Source: a virus. Taken from it: a stretch of 64,000 nt of DNA. Numbering within the stretch: position 1 is the first letter of the stretch; each line of letters opens with the position of its first letter. The position numbers and the translations under genes were made by a program. The stretch lies in the IMG/VR virus record IMGVR_UViG_3300018022_000004, one strand, 5' to 3'. Below, in pieces: positions 38,106-44,840 of this stretch. The notes beneath the pieces are model-generated. The model had not been told where the DNA came from and ran no database searches. It saw nothing but the letters and a program-made list of their open reading frames with translations.

Positions 38106-39115
38106 AGAGGATACTCATAACCGGGGGGGCAGGGTTCATCGCCCACCACCTTATCGACCACCTCATCCGCAACACAGGGTGGGAGGTGGTGGTCCTCGAC
38201 AAGCTGACCTATGCCGCCAACGGCCTGGACAGGCTGCGGGAGATAGAGGCCTACGGGCACCCGAGGGTCACCGTCCACCCCGTGGACCTGTGCTACCGCA
38301 TCGGGGAGGGGCTGGAGAGGGAGCTGGGGCGCATAGACTACTTCGTCCACATGGCGGCGGAGACGCACGTGGACAACTCCATCGCCAGCCCACGCACCTT
38401 CGTGGAGTCCAACGTCGTAGGCACCTTCGAGATGCTGGAGCTTGCCCGCAGGATGCCCGGCCTCCAGAGGTTCGTGTACTTCTCGACCGACGAGGTGTTC
38501 GGGCCAGCGCCGGAGGGCACTGCCTTCAAGGAGTGGGACAGGTACAACTCCACCAACCCCTACTCCGCCACCAAGGCGGGAGGGGAGGAGCTTGCCCTTG
38601 CCTGGGCCAACACCTACAGGGTGCCGGTCCTTGTCACCCATACCATGAACGCCTTCGGCGAGAGGCAGCACTCGGAGAAGTTCATCCCCAAGTGCGTGGC
38701 CTCGCTGATGCGGGGCGACACCATACCCATCCATGCCTCACCGGACAGGAAGAGGTCCGGCAGCCGCTTCTATATCCACTGCCGCAACATAGCCGACGCC
38801 GTGCTCTTCCTTCTGGAGAAGGGGGAGTTCCGTGAGAAGTACAACGTGGTAGGCGAGCAGGAGGTATCCAACCTCGTGCTGGCCACGGACATCGCCCGCA
38901 TCATGGGCAGGCCCCTCCGCTACGAGATGGTGGACTTCCACTCCTCCAGGCCAGGGCACGACCTCAGGTACGGGCTGGACGGCTCCAGGATGGCGGGGAT
39001 GGGGTGGAAGGTGCCCATGAGCTTCGAGGAGAGCCTGAGGAAGACCATCGTATGGATGACCCGGCCGGAGCACTACAACTGGCTGAGGCTGGGGACGCAT
39101 GGACCTGTGGGTTGA
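38099..39115 (+). CDS. rmlB: dTDP-glucose 4,6-dehydratase (extended SDR)
   Basis: ITGGAGFI, DKLTYA, AAETHVDNSI, STDEVFG, YSATKA, RPGHDLRY. Confidence 0.88.
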   Translation: MVKRILITGGAGFIAHHLIDHLIRNTGWEVVVLDKLTYAANGLDRLREIEAYGHPRVTVHPVDLCYRIGEGLERELGRIDYFVHMAAETHVDNSIASPRTFVESNVVGTFEMLELARRMPGLQRFVYFSTDEVFGPAPEGTAFKEWDRYNSTNPYSATKAGGEELALAWANTYRVPVLVTHTMNAFGERQHSEKFIPKCVASLMRGDTIPIHASPDRKRSGSRFYIHCRNIADAVLFLLEKGEFREKYNVVGEQEVSNLVLATDIARIMGRPLRYEMVDFHSSRPGHDLRYGLDGSRMAGMGWKVPMSFEESLRKTIVWMTRPEHYNWLRLGTHGPVG

Positions 39116-39392
39116 CGACAAGAGGCCCCCGGAGGCATACGGCTTCGAGGGGTTCACATGGGCCAGGACGTCGGAGGAGGCCATAGCCCTGCTGAGGACA
39201 GGGGAGGTAAGGTTCGCATCCCTGGACCACGACCTGGGGCTGGAGAGCGGGACCGGCTACGACATCGTATGCTGGATGGAGGAGCACAACACCTGGCCGC
39301 CTGACGGCGTGAGGGTCCACTCCATGAACCCCGTGGGCAGGAAGCGCATGGAGACGGTAATAGAAAGGCAGTACGGGAGGACGGTACCATGA
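39099..39392 (+). CDS. cyclic-phosphate processing receiver domain protein
   Basis: LWVDDKR, SLDHDLG, TGYD...W, VHSMNPVGR..M. Confidence 0.8.
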   Translation: MDLWVDDKRPPEAYGFEGFTWARTSEEAIALLRTGEVRFASLDHDLGLESGTGYDIVCWMEEHNTWPPDGVRVHSMNPVGRKRMETVIERQYGRTVP

Positions 39393-39847
39393 GGACGACA
39401 AGGCGGGGCTTCCTGGGGGCACTGCTGGCGGCCCCGCTGGCCGCTGCGGCGGCAAAACTGAAGGCGGGAAAGCCGGGTATAGGCGACGACTACGTGGGGT
39501 ACTTCCCCGAGTATGTCCTTGTTTCGACGATGCCCCTCTACTCATGCCCTGTCATTCCCCTGGACGCCTTCAAGGATAGGAAGGCCCTGGCGGCCAAGTG
39601 GTACCATATCGAGGACGATGGCCGCCTGACCGAACTTGACAAGGAATGGCAGCATACCGTTGCCCAGATAGGCAGCGGGCTGGCCGTGCCCCCCGAGGCG
39701 TTCCACGGGGGGGACCTGGCCGGAGGGTACAGGCCGTACAAGACCGACATGGTCGCCCGGATGGCACGGGACTTCGGACGCCCCCTTGCCAGGCAGAGGT
39801 TCCCAAGGGACATCCTGGACAAGATTGTGAAGGTGGAGCCACTATGA
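39389..39847 (+). CDS. hypothetical protein with Tat-like signal
   Basis: TRRGFLGALLAAPLAAAA. Confidence 0.6.
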   Translation: MRTTRRGFLGALLAAPLAAAAAKLKAGKPGIGDDYVGYFPEYVLVSTMPLYSCPVIPLDAFKDRKALAAKWYHIEDDGRLTELDKEWQHTVAQIGSGLAVPPEAFHGGDLAGGYRPYKTDMVARMARDFGRPLARQRFPRDILDKIVKVEPL

Positions 39848-40494
39848 ACAGGCGTGAGCTTCTCTCAGGCATGCTGGCCTTCCCCCTGCTGGGGACGGTG
39901 GCCAGGGGGATAGCAGGCCCCCTATCCTGCTCCTACCGTTTCCAGGACAGCCTGGAGAAGGGATTATTCGACGCCCTGAAGAAGGGCATAGGCCTCAAGG
40001 ACCTCCCCCCGTGGAGGCTGCTGCGGGGCGTGGAGAGCAGGAGGTCGATGGCGGAGGCAATGTCACCTCTGGTGGACCGCCATATGCGAGAATGGAGGAG
40101 GGAGAAGGGGGTAGAGCTGTACCTAGGCCCCCTCCAGGAGGTCCATGAGCGGGCATCCATCACCCTGGAAGAGGTATACAGCCTCAGCCCTGCCGAGCAG
40201 GACGCCCCCCTGCTCATAGTGGCCAGGAAGGTATGGGGGAGGATAAGGGTCATCCAGGCCAGGGAGACGGTGATGCACAGCATCACGGAGGCCAACAGGC
40301 ACTACCTAGGCCGCCCGAGCATACTGCTGCCGAGGAGGCACGAGCCGGTGCCCCTGCGGACCGTCGTGTTCCCGGAGGACCGCCCGGACATGCGGATAAT
40401 AGGGTTCGGCGTGATGACCGTGTCGAGGGACGGGTACAGGGGGCTGGGGGGCAGTGCGTTCCGCTTCTGCCACTTCGACGACCTATGGGCATAA
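39844..40494 (+). CDS. hypothetical protein with Tat-like signal
   Basis: MNRRELLSGMLAFPLLG; ATGA overlap. Confidence 0.6.
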   Translation: MNRRELLSGMLAFPLLGTVARGIAGPLSCSYRFQDSLEKGLFDALKKGIGLKDLPPWRLLRGVESRRSMAEAMSPLVDRHMREWRREKGVELYLGPLQEVHERASITLEEVYSLSPAEQDAPLLIVARKVWGRIRVIQARETVMHSITEANRHYLGRPSILLPRRHEPVPLRTVVFPEDRPDMRIIGFGVMTVSRDGYRGLGGSAFRFCHFDDLWA

Positions 40495-40742
40495 AGGACA
40501 AGCTGCCGAAGACAGGGGACGTCTACTACAGCCGTAGCTGCGTGCTGGGGGAACTCCAGGCCGAGGTGGCCGTGGTCCTGGGCGCAGACAAGAGGAAGAC
40601 CAGGTTCATACGTGTCATCACGACAGGGGAGGACCTGGACTACCTCCAGGCGATGAAGCCCTGGGACACGAAGAGGTTCCTGGAGGAGTACTGGCACGCA
40701 GCATCCTACGAGACGCCGGACAGGGAAAGGGTAAGGTGGTAG
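40485..40742 (+). CDS. hypothetical protein
   Basis: 3' part of track ORF 40233-40742. Confidence 0.45.
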   Translation: MGIKDKLPKTGDVYYSRSCVLGELQAEVAVVLGADKRKTRFIRVITTGEDLDYLQAMKPWDTKRFLEEYWHAASYETPDRERVRW

Positions 40743-40939
40743 GGGAATGCGAAAAACCGTAATAGCCGTCCAGCTAAGGATAGCGGAGGTAGAGACGGGC
40801 TGGGGCAAGCGGCTGGCCCAACTGTGCAAGAGCGTGTGCGAGGGAGCAATCCTGGGGAAGGAGCTGGACATCTACGAGTCCTCGGCCTCGGCCTACGTAG
40901 ACGACAGTGCCCAGAGCCAAGCAAAGGAGGAAGGAAGCC

Positions 40940-41476
40940 ATGGGTCTTAGCAGGGAGCAAGCGTTCGAGGTAATCAAGAGGGAGAGGGAGTACCAGGACA
41001 GGGTGTGGCCGAGGGACGGCCACCCGCTGGTCAAGCAGTACGACTACACTGCCCCGCACCTCCTCATGCTGGAGGACTACTACGACGAGGCCAGAAGGAA
41101 GTGGAGGAAGTCCGTGGACGAGGTGGACGTCCTCAGGACCATCGGCAAGATGGCGACCATAGCCTACCGGGCACTGACGGAGGTTGTGCAGGCAAACGGG
41201 AGCAGGGGCCTTGCCGTGCCCGTGGCCCTGGTCAACGAGGCCAGGGACCGCCAGGACAGGGAGCACCCCAGGACCAAGGACAACGCCGGGCAGTACAAGT
41301 TCGCCGCCCCGCATGTCTACCTCCTGGGCCAGTACTTGGGGCACCTCGGAAACCGCTGGTACAGGGGCGACCGTGACGGGGTGGTAAACGGCCTCGTGGA
41401 AGTCACTGCCATATGCGTCCGGGCGCTAGAGGAGATAGAGGGCCCGGACCTGCTCTTCGTCGGGCTGCGGGACTAG
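40940..41476 (+). CDS. internally duplicated MazG-like all-alpha protein
   Basis: Two repeats of ER.YQD/ARDRQD...APH...KMATIAYRAL/EVTAICVRAL. Confidence 0.55.
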   Translation: MGLSREQAFEVIKREREYQDRVWPRDGHPLVKQYDYTAPHLLMLEDYYDEARRKWRKSVDEVDVLRTIGKMATIAYRALTEVVQANGSRGLAVPVALVNEARDRQDREHPRTKDNAGQYKFAAPHVYLLGQYLGHLGNRWYRGDRDGVVNGLVEVTAICVRALEEIEGPDLLFVGLRD

Positions 41477-41501
41477 AAAAGGCCCCCAGGAGGGGAAAGC
41501 G

Positions 41502-41789
41502 ATGCCGAAGCTGATATGGCCCATGCCCGTGACGGGGAACCCCATGGGGATATGGGGGATAGCCAAGGAGTTCGCCACGGTGGCGGAGGCCCAGGCATGG
41601 GTGAGGGAGTACCGCCTGGACGCTGAGAGAGAGGGAATGCTCCTGGTGTCCGGGGGCATGGTCTACAGGCCTACCGAGGAGGGCTTCGCCTCGGCAAGGC
41701 AGTTCGAGGGGGCAGGGGGGCCGACAGGCCCCACAGGCCCATCCAGACCGGAGCCGCCGAGGAAGCCGCACCTGGACGGTACCTGGTAA
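41502..41789 (+). CDS. hypothetical protein
   Basis: GGAGG SD. Confidence 0.6.
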   Translation: MPKLIWPMPVTGNPMGIWGIAKEFATVAEAQAWVREYRLDAEREGMLLVSGGMVYRPTEEGFASARQFEGAGGPTGPTGPSRPEPPRKPHLDGTW

Positions 41790-41794
41790 GGCAA

Positions 41795-41836
41795 GATTTC
41801 CCCGGGTTTTCCGACTACCGGAGGTATTATATAGAT
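41795..41836 (+). promoter_or_regulatory. promoter of tRNA operon 2
   Basis: TTTTCCGACTACCGGAGGTATTATATAG, near-identical to 19003-19028. Confidence 0.72.
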
Positions 41837-41919
41837 GAAAGGCTGGTCACTCAGGGCCGGCAGGGACGGCTGGGAGCCGGACGCAAGTGTTACCCGGTCA
41901 GCCGCCCGAAGATTGGTGG

Positions 41920-42012
41920 ATGATGCGATTCAGGAACCCCAACCCGCAGATGCATTGGCAGCCTAAGCGGAATACCCGCTCGGGCACCGTTGGGCCTCCT
42001 ATCGCAGGCTAG
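41920..42012 (+). CDS. attenuator leader peptide 2, MMRFRNPNPQMHWQPKRNTRSGTVGPPIAG
   Basis: First 18 codons use only M,R,F,N,P,Q,H,W,K, the operon-2 tRNA set; SD is weak (GGTGG close to ATG). Confidence 0.82.
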   Translation: MMRFRNPNPQMHWQPKRNTRSGTVGPPIAG

Positions 42013-42051
42013 CTGAGATTCCAAGGCGATTGAAGTGAAGAGGCCCACCGG
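41987..42051 (+). promoter_or_regulatory. antiterminator helix of attenuator 2
   Basis: CCGTTGGGCCTC (41987-41998) pairs with GAGGCCCACCGG (42040-42051), 11/12; inner ATCGC/GCGAT; covers most of the terminator 5' arm. Confidence 0.8.
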
Positions 42052-42080
42052 GTGATGAACCTGATGGGCTTTTTGGTTTT
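42041..42080 (+). terminator. attenuator terminator 2
   Basis: GCCCACCGGGT-GATGA-ACCTGATGGGC then TTTTTGGTTTT. Confidence 0.85.
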
Positions 42081-42124
42081 ATGGGGATTAAGTCGTGGCG
42101 TGGGTACCTTCCGCCATGCAGAGT

Positions 42125-42201
42125 GTGGCCGAGGCCGAAGTCGTCGAGGCGCTAGGCTGTGAACCTAGTCTAAGAGGGTCCGAGTCCCTCCGGTCACCCC
42201 A
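42125..42201 (+). tRNA. tRNA-His(GTG), no encoded G-1
   Basis: Loop CTGTGAA; C73; T at -1; atypical D loop. Confidence 0.85.
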
Positions 42202-42281
42202 ATCAAGCTGGCAGACCCGTATGACCGTTCCGGGTACTAAGAGCCAAAGGTCGTTAATCATGGCCGCCAGCAAGGTCTTTT

Positions 42282-42358
42282 GGTCCCGTCGCCCAGCGGA
42301 CTAGGGCGCTGCGCTCCGAACGCAGAGGTCGTGGGTCCGAATCCCACCGGGACTTCCA
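42282..42358 (+). tRNA. tRNA-Arg(CCG)
   Basis: Loop CTCCGAA; CCA. Confidence 0.93.
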
Positions 42359-42439
42359 GATTGCGTGGGTGAATCCCCTTGCAGGGGGAGGGATAGGCGG
42401 CCCCAGGCCCAGGGCACGGCGACCCACGCAGAGAGTTTT

Positions 42440-42518
42440 GGCCCCGTAGCTCAGCCTGGACTAGAGCAGCGGTCTACGAAACCGAAGGTCGAGGGTTCAA
42501 ATCCCTCCGGGGCTTCCA
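42440..42518 (+). tRNA. tRNA-Arg(ACG)
   Basis: Loop CTACGAA; CCA. Confidence 0.95.
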
Positions 42519-42613
42519 TCTTGCGCAGGTAGGGTGGCCACAGGGTGAGCAGCGGGAGGCATCCCGAGGACATCTGCAAGACCCCTTATACCATGCCTGC
42601 ACCAGATTATCAG

Positions 42614-42690
42614 GCCCCCGTGGCCCAGACGGATAGGGTACCGGTCCTCGAAACCGGACGCCGAGGGTTCGACTCCCTCCGGGGGTTCCA
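42614..42690 (+). tRNA. tRNA-Arg(TCG) with C33
   Basis: CCGGT-CCTCGAA-ACCGG. Confidence 0.88.
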
Positions 42691-42774
42691 GGTTTGTGGT
42701 GGGTGGTCACGCCGTTGACAACGCCGATGGGCGGACGAGGCGACTGGCCGGGGCGTCCCGCCCGAACAGATTGC

Positions 42775-42861
42775 TGGGGTGTAGGCGACGTTGGTAAAGC
42801 CACTTGACTGTTAATCAAGCGCCTTGCGGCACCGGGGGTTCGATTCCTCCCGCCCCAGCCA
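42775..42861 (+). tRNA. tRNA-Asn(GTT) with long variable arm
   Basis: Loop CTGTTAA; V arm GCC-TTGC-GGC; G73 CCA. Confidence 0.85.
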
Positions 42862-42962
42862 AAGATTGCCGTCCCGACCGTACAGCGGGAAGACGTGTTG
42901 CCACTACCGAAGCAGGACGTCATTGACTAGGTCATAATGTGGCCGGACGGCAACGGGTTAGG

Positions 42963-43039
42963 CCCGTTTAAGCCGATGCGGTGCATGGCGCTCCCCTGAA
43001 AAGGGAGAGAACCCCGTTCGACTCGGGGAGGCGGGACCA
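42963..43039 (+). tRNA. tRNA-Phe(GAA), atypical
   Basis: Loop CTGAAAA; A8; CCCCG/CGGGG T stem; CCA. Confidence 0.8.
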
Positions 43040-43046
43040 AGTTTAT

Positions 43047-43123
43047 CAGGGTGTAGCTCAGCCTGGCAGAGCGCATGCTTGGGGTGCATGAGGCCGTGGG
43101 TTCAAATCCCTCCATCCTGACCA
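43047..43123 (+). tRNA. tRNA-Pro(GGG)
   Basis: Loop TTGGGGT; CCA. Confidence 0.93.
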
Positions 43124-43131
43124 AGTTCCTG

Positions 43132-43210
43132 GCGTGCCAGAGGGTTCGACTCCCGAGGCCAACGGCGCTGTTAGCAAAGGGTTCGACTCCCGAGGCCACC
43201 GGAGGCACGC
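43132..43210 (+). repeat. double T-arm element: 21-nt direct repeat inside a closing stem
   Basis: AGGGTTCGACTCCCGAGGCCA at 43141 and 43178; GCGTGCC/GGCACGC closing stem. Confidence 0.75.
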
Positions 43211-43213
43211 AGA

Positions 43214-43289
43214 CGGTGTGTAGCTCAGCGGCTAGAGCACTCGGTTTGGGGCCGAGGGGTCGTGGGTCCGAATCCCACCACGCCGACCA
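43214..43289 (+). tRNA. tRNA-Pro(TGG)
   Basis: Loop TTTGGGG; CCA. Confidence 0.93.
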
Positions 43290-43296
43290 AGTTTAT

Positions 43297-43373
43297 CAGG
43301 GTGTAGCTCAGCCTGGCAGAGCGCTGGTTTCGGGAACCAGAGGCCGAGAGTTCAAATCTCTCCATCCTGACCA
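43297..43373 (+). tRNA. tRNA-Pro(CGG)
   Basis: Loop TTCGGGA; near-duplicate of Pro(GGG). Confidence 0.94.
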
Positions 43374-43380
43374 AGGTTGT

Positions 43381-43455
43381 TCCGAGGTCGTCTAACCGGT
43401 AGGACGCATGGCTCTGAACCATGAAATGCGGGTTCGACCCCAGCTCTCGGAACCA
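43381..43455 (+). tRNA. tRNA-Gln(CTG)
   Basis: Loop CTCTGAA; T-stem mismatch; CCA. Confidence 0.85.
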
Positions 43456-43557
43456 AGGCTCGGGGAGGGCGAGTTAGCGTGGCCTATGGGCCACTTTATA
43501 GACAGGATGCCTCCCCACTATGCTAGGAAGCAGCTCGGAAGTGGGATGCTTCAGAGT

Positions 43558-43632
43558 TCAGGAGTAGCTCAACGGTAGAGCGTCCGGCTGTTAACCGGAA
43601 TGTTGGGGGTCCGATTCCCTCCTCCTGAGCCA
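43558..43632 (+). tRNA. tRNA-Asn(GTT)
   Basis: Loop CTGTTAA; short V; G73 CCA. Confidence 0.94.
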
Positions 43633-43639
43633 AGCTCAA

Positions 43640-43717
43640 GGGAGCGTAACTCAAAGGGGCAAGAGAGCCAGCCTTTTAAGCTGGTGCGTGCGGGCACCCA
43701 ATCCGCCGCTCCCACCA
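43640..43717 (+). tRNA. tRNA-Lys(TTT) with aberrant T loop
   Basis: CCAGC-CTTTTAA-GCTGG; T loop CACCCAA instead of TTCRANT. Confidence 0.75.
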
Positions 43718-43724
43718 AGGACTA

Positions 43725-43802
43725 GCCGCCGTGGCGCAACTGGACCAGCGCACCCGGCTCTTACCCGGAGGGTTGGAGGTTCGAGTCCTCTCGGCGGCAC
43801 CA
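43725..43802 (+). tRNA. tRNA-Lys(CTT)
   Basis: Loop CTCTTAC; CCA. Confidence 0.9.
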
Positions 43803-43808
43803 AGATTC

Positions 43809-43885
43809 GGGTCGGTAGCTCAACTAGGCAGAGCAAGGGCCTCTTAAGCCCGAGGTTGAGGGTTCGATTCCCTCCCGGCCTACCA
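43809..43885 (+). tRNA. tRNA-Lys(CTT), second
   Basis: Loop CTCTTAA; CCA. Confidence 0.92.
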
Positions 43886-43891
43886 AGAAAG

Positions 43892-43952
43892 CCCGGCGAT
43901 GTGGGGTTCAAGTCCCCACCTTGAGTGTCGTTCAACTGGCTAGGATACCGGG
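43892..43952 (+). ncRNA. circularly permuted tRNA-like module (T arm, mini-hairpin, D arm)
   Basis: CCCGG...GGGGTTCAAGTCCCC...GTTCAACTGGCTAGGAT-A-CCGGG. Confidence 0.55.
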
Positions 43953-43959
43953 GGCATCG

Positions 43960-44034
43960 GCCGATGGAGCTAGGATGGTATAGCGCCTGCCTGAAGAGCA
44001 GGAGTGACCGGTTCGATTCCGGGCATCGGCACCA
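43960..44034 (+). tRNA. tRNA-Phe(GAA), second
   Basis: Loop CTGAAGA; CCA. Confidence 0.9.
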
Positions 44035-44044
44035 AGTTTGTTGT

Positions 44045-44118
44045 TCCGAGGTCGGCTAACGGTAGGCCGCTGCGCTCTGGACGCAGCTATCGGGGTCCGA
44101 ATCCCTGCCTCGGAACCA
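44045..44118 (+). tRNA. tRNA-Gln(CTG), second
   Basis: Loop CTCTGGA; CCA. Confidence 0.9.
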
Positions 44119-44125
44119 GGACTAC

Positions 44126-44202
44126 AGCGGGGTGGAGCAGCCTGGTAGCTCGTGAGGCTCATAACCTCAAGGTCGCCGGTTCAAATCCGGCCCCCGCAAC
44201 CA
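44126..44202 (+). tRNA. tRNA-Met(CAT), initiator-like
   Basis: xGCGGGGTGGAGCAGCCTGGTAGCTC fMet-type body; 1:72 mismatch. Confidence 0.9.
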
Positions 44203-44294
44203 TTCGGGTCGGGATGCCAGCCGGGAGACCGTGACTGGATGCCAAGGGTATACGGCAAAGCCCGTAGAGAGCAGGAACCGGCCCGCAGCATTGA

Positions 44295-44371
44295 TGCGGG
44301 GTAGAACTCTGGTGAGTTTAGGGGTCTCATAAGCCTCTTACAGGTGGGTCCGATTCCCATTCCCGCTACCA
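44295..44371 (+). tRNA. tRNA-CAT (Met/fMet-like; Ile2 not excluded)
   Basis: Loop CTCATAA; T1.T72 mismatch; CCA. Confidence 0.8.
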
Positions 44372-44376
44372 TCTCA

Positions 44377-44452
44377 GGGGCGCAGGGTAGCTCAGTCTGG
44401 TAGAGCAGCCCGGAAAGGCTGGTCGGAGGTTCAAATCCTCCCCCGAGGCCCC
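44377..44452 (+). ncRNA. tRNA mimic with truncated anticodon arm and extended acceptor, no CCA
   Basis: Canonical D and T arms; only 13 nt between them (AGCC-CGGAAA-GGCT hairpin). Confidence 0.6.
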
Positions 44453-44458
44453 GTAGCA

Positions 44459-44554
44459 GGCACGCCGATTCGGAGAGGACCGCAGGCGGCTAACCCAGGA
44501 GCAGCGTACGCAACCTCCCGGACCCCGCAGGCAAGTCGCTGGACAAGGCGTGCC
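44459..44554 (+). ncRNA. putative ~96-nt structured RNA
   Basis: Perfect GGCACGCC/GGCGTGCC closing stem. Confidence 0.4.
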
Positions 44555-44565
44555 GAGGATTACGT

Positions 44566-44643
44566 GGCGGCGTAGCTCAGTCGGCAGAGCCGGGGTCCCA
44601 TAAGCCCTGTGAGTCGGAGGTTCGAGTCCTCTCGCCGCTACCA
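44566..44643 (+). tRNA. tRNA-Met(CAT), elongator-like, C33
   Basis: GGCGGCGTAGCTCAG body; loop CCCATAA. Confidence 0.85.
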
Positions 44644-44644
44644 G

Positions 44645-44835
44645 GATGCGGAGGGCCGCCGTCCACAGACGGGCGGCTGTGGCTCAGTACCGTAGCCGGG
44701 CCTGCTAGCGGGCGAGGCTACGGGCCACGTCCGGTTAGCTCCGGACCTCTACGAGAGTCGAGGGCCGCAGACAGTTGCACAGCGGCAGCCCGGTACCCAT
44801 CCGGGTGTAGCGAGTCGGCATGCTACGGCCTTCGA
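44645..44835 (+). ncRNA. putative multi-hairpin RNA (~190 nt)
   Basis: Run of hairpins: CCGCCGTC/GACGGGCGG, CGTAGCC/GGCTACG, TCCGG/CCGGA, GCCGC/GCGGC, CCCGG/CCGGG. Confidence 0.4.
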
Positions 44836-44840
44836 GCTTT

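Noticed and set aside
41835-41966. 43-aa leaderless ORF as the regulatory peptide
   Set aside because: Its composition does not match the operon, and it stops before the antiterminator. A role in coupling to the 41920 ORF is not excluded.
43141-43198. Mini-CRISPR (two 21-nt repeats)
   Set aside because: Only two copies, a 16-nt spacer, the repeat is a tRNA T arm, and there are no cas genes.
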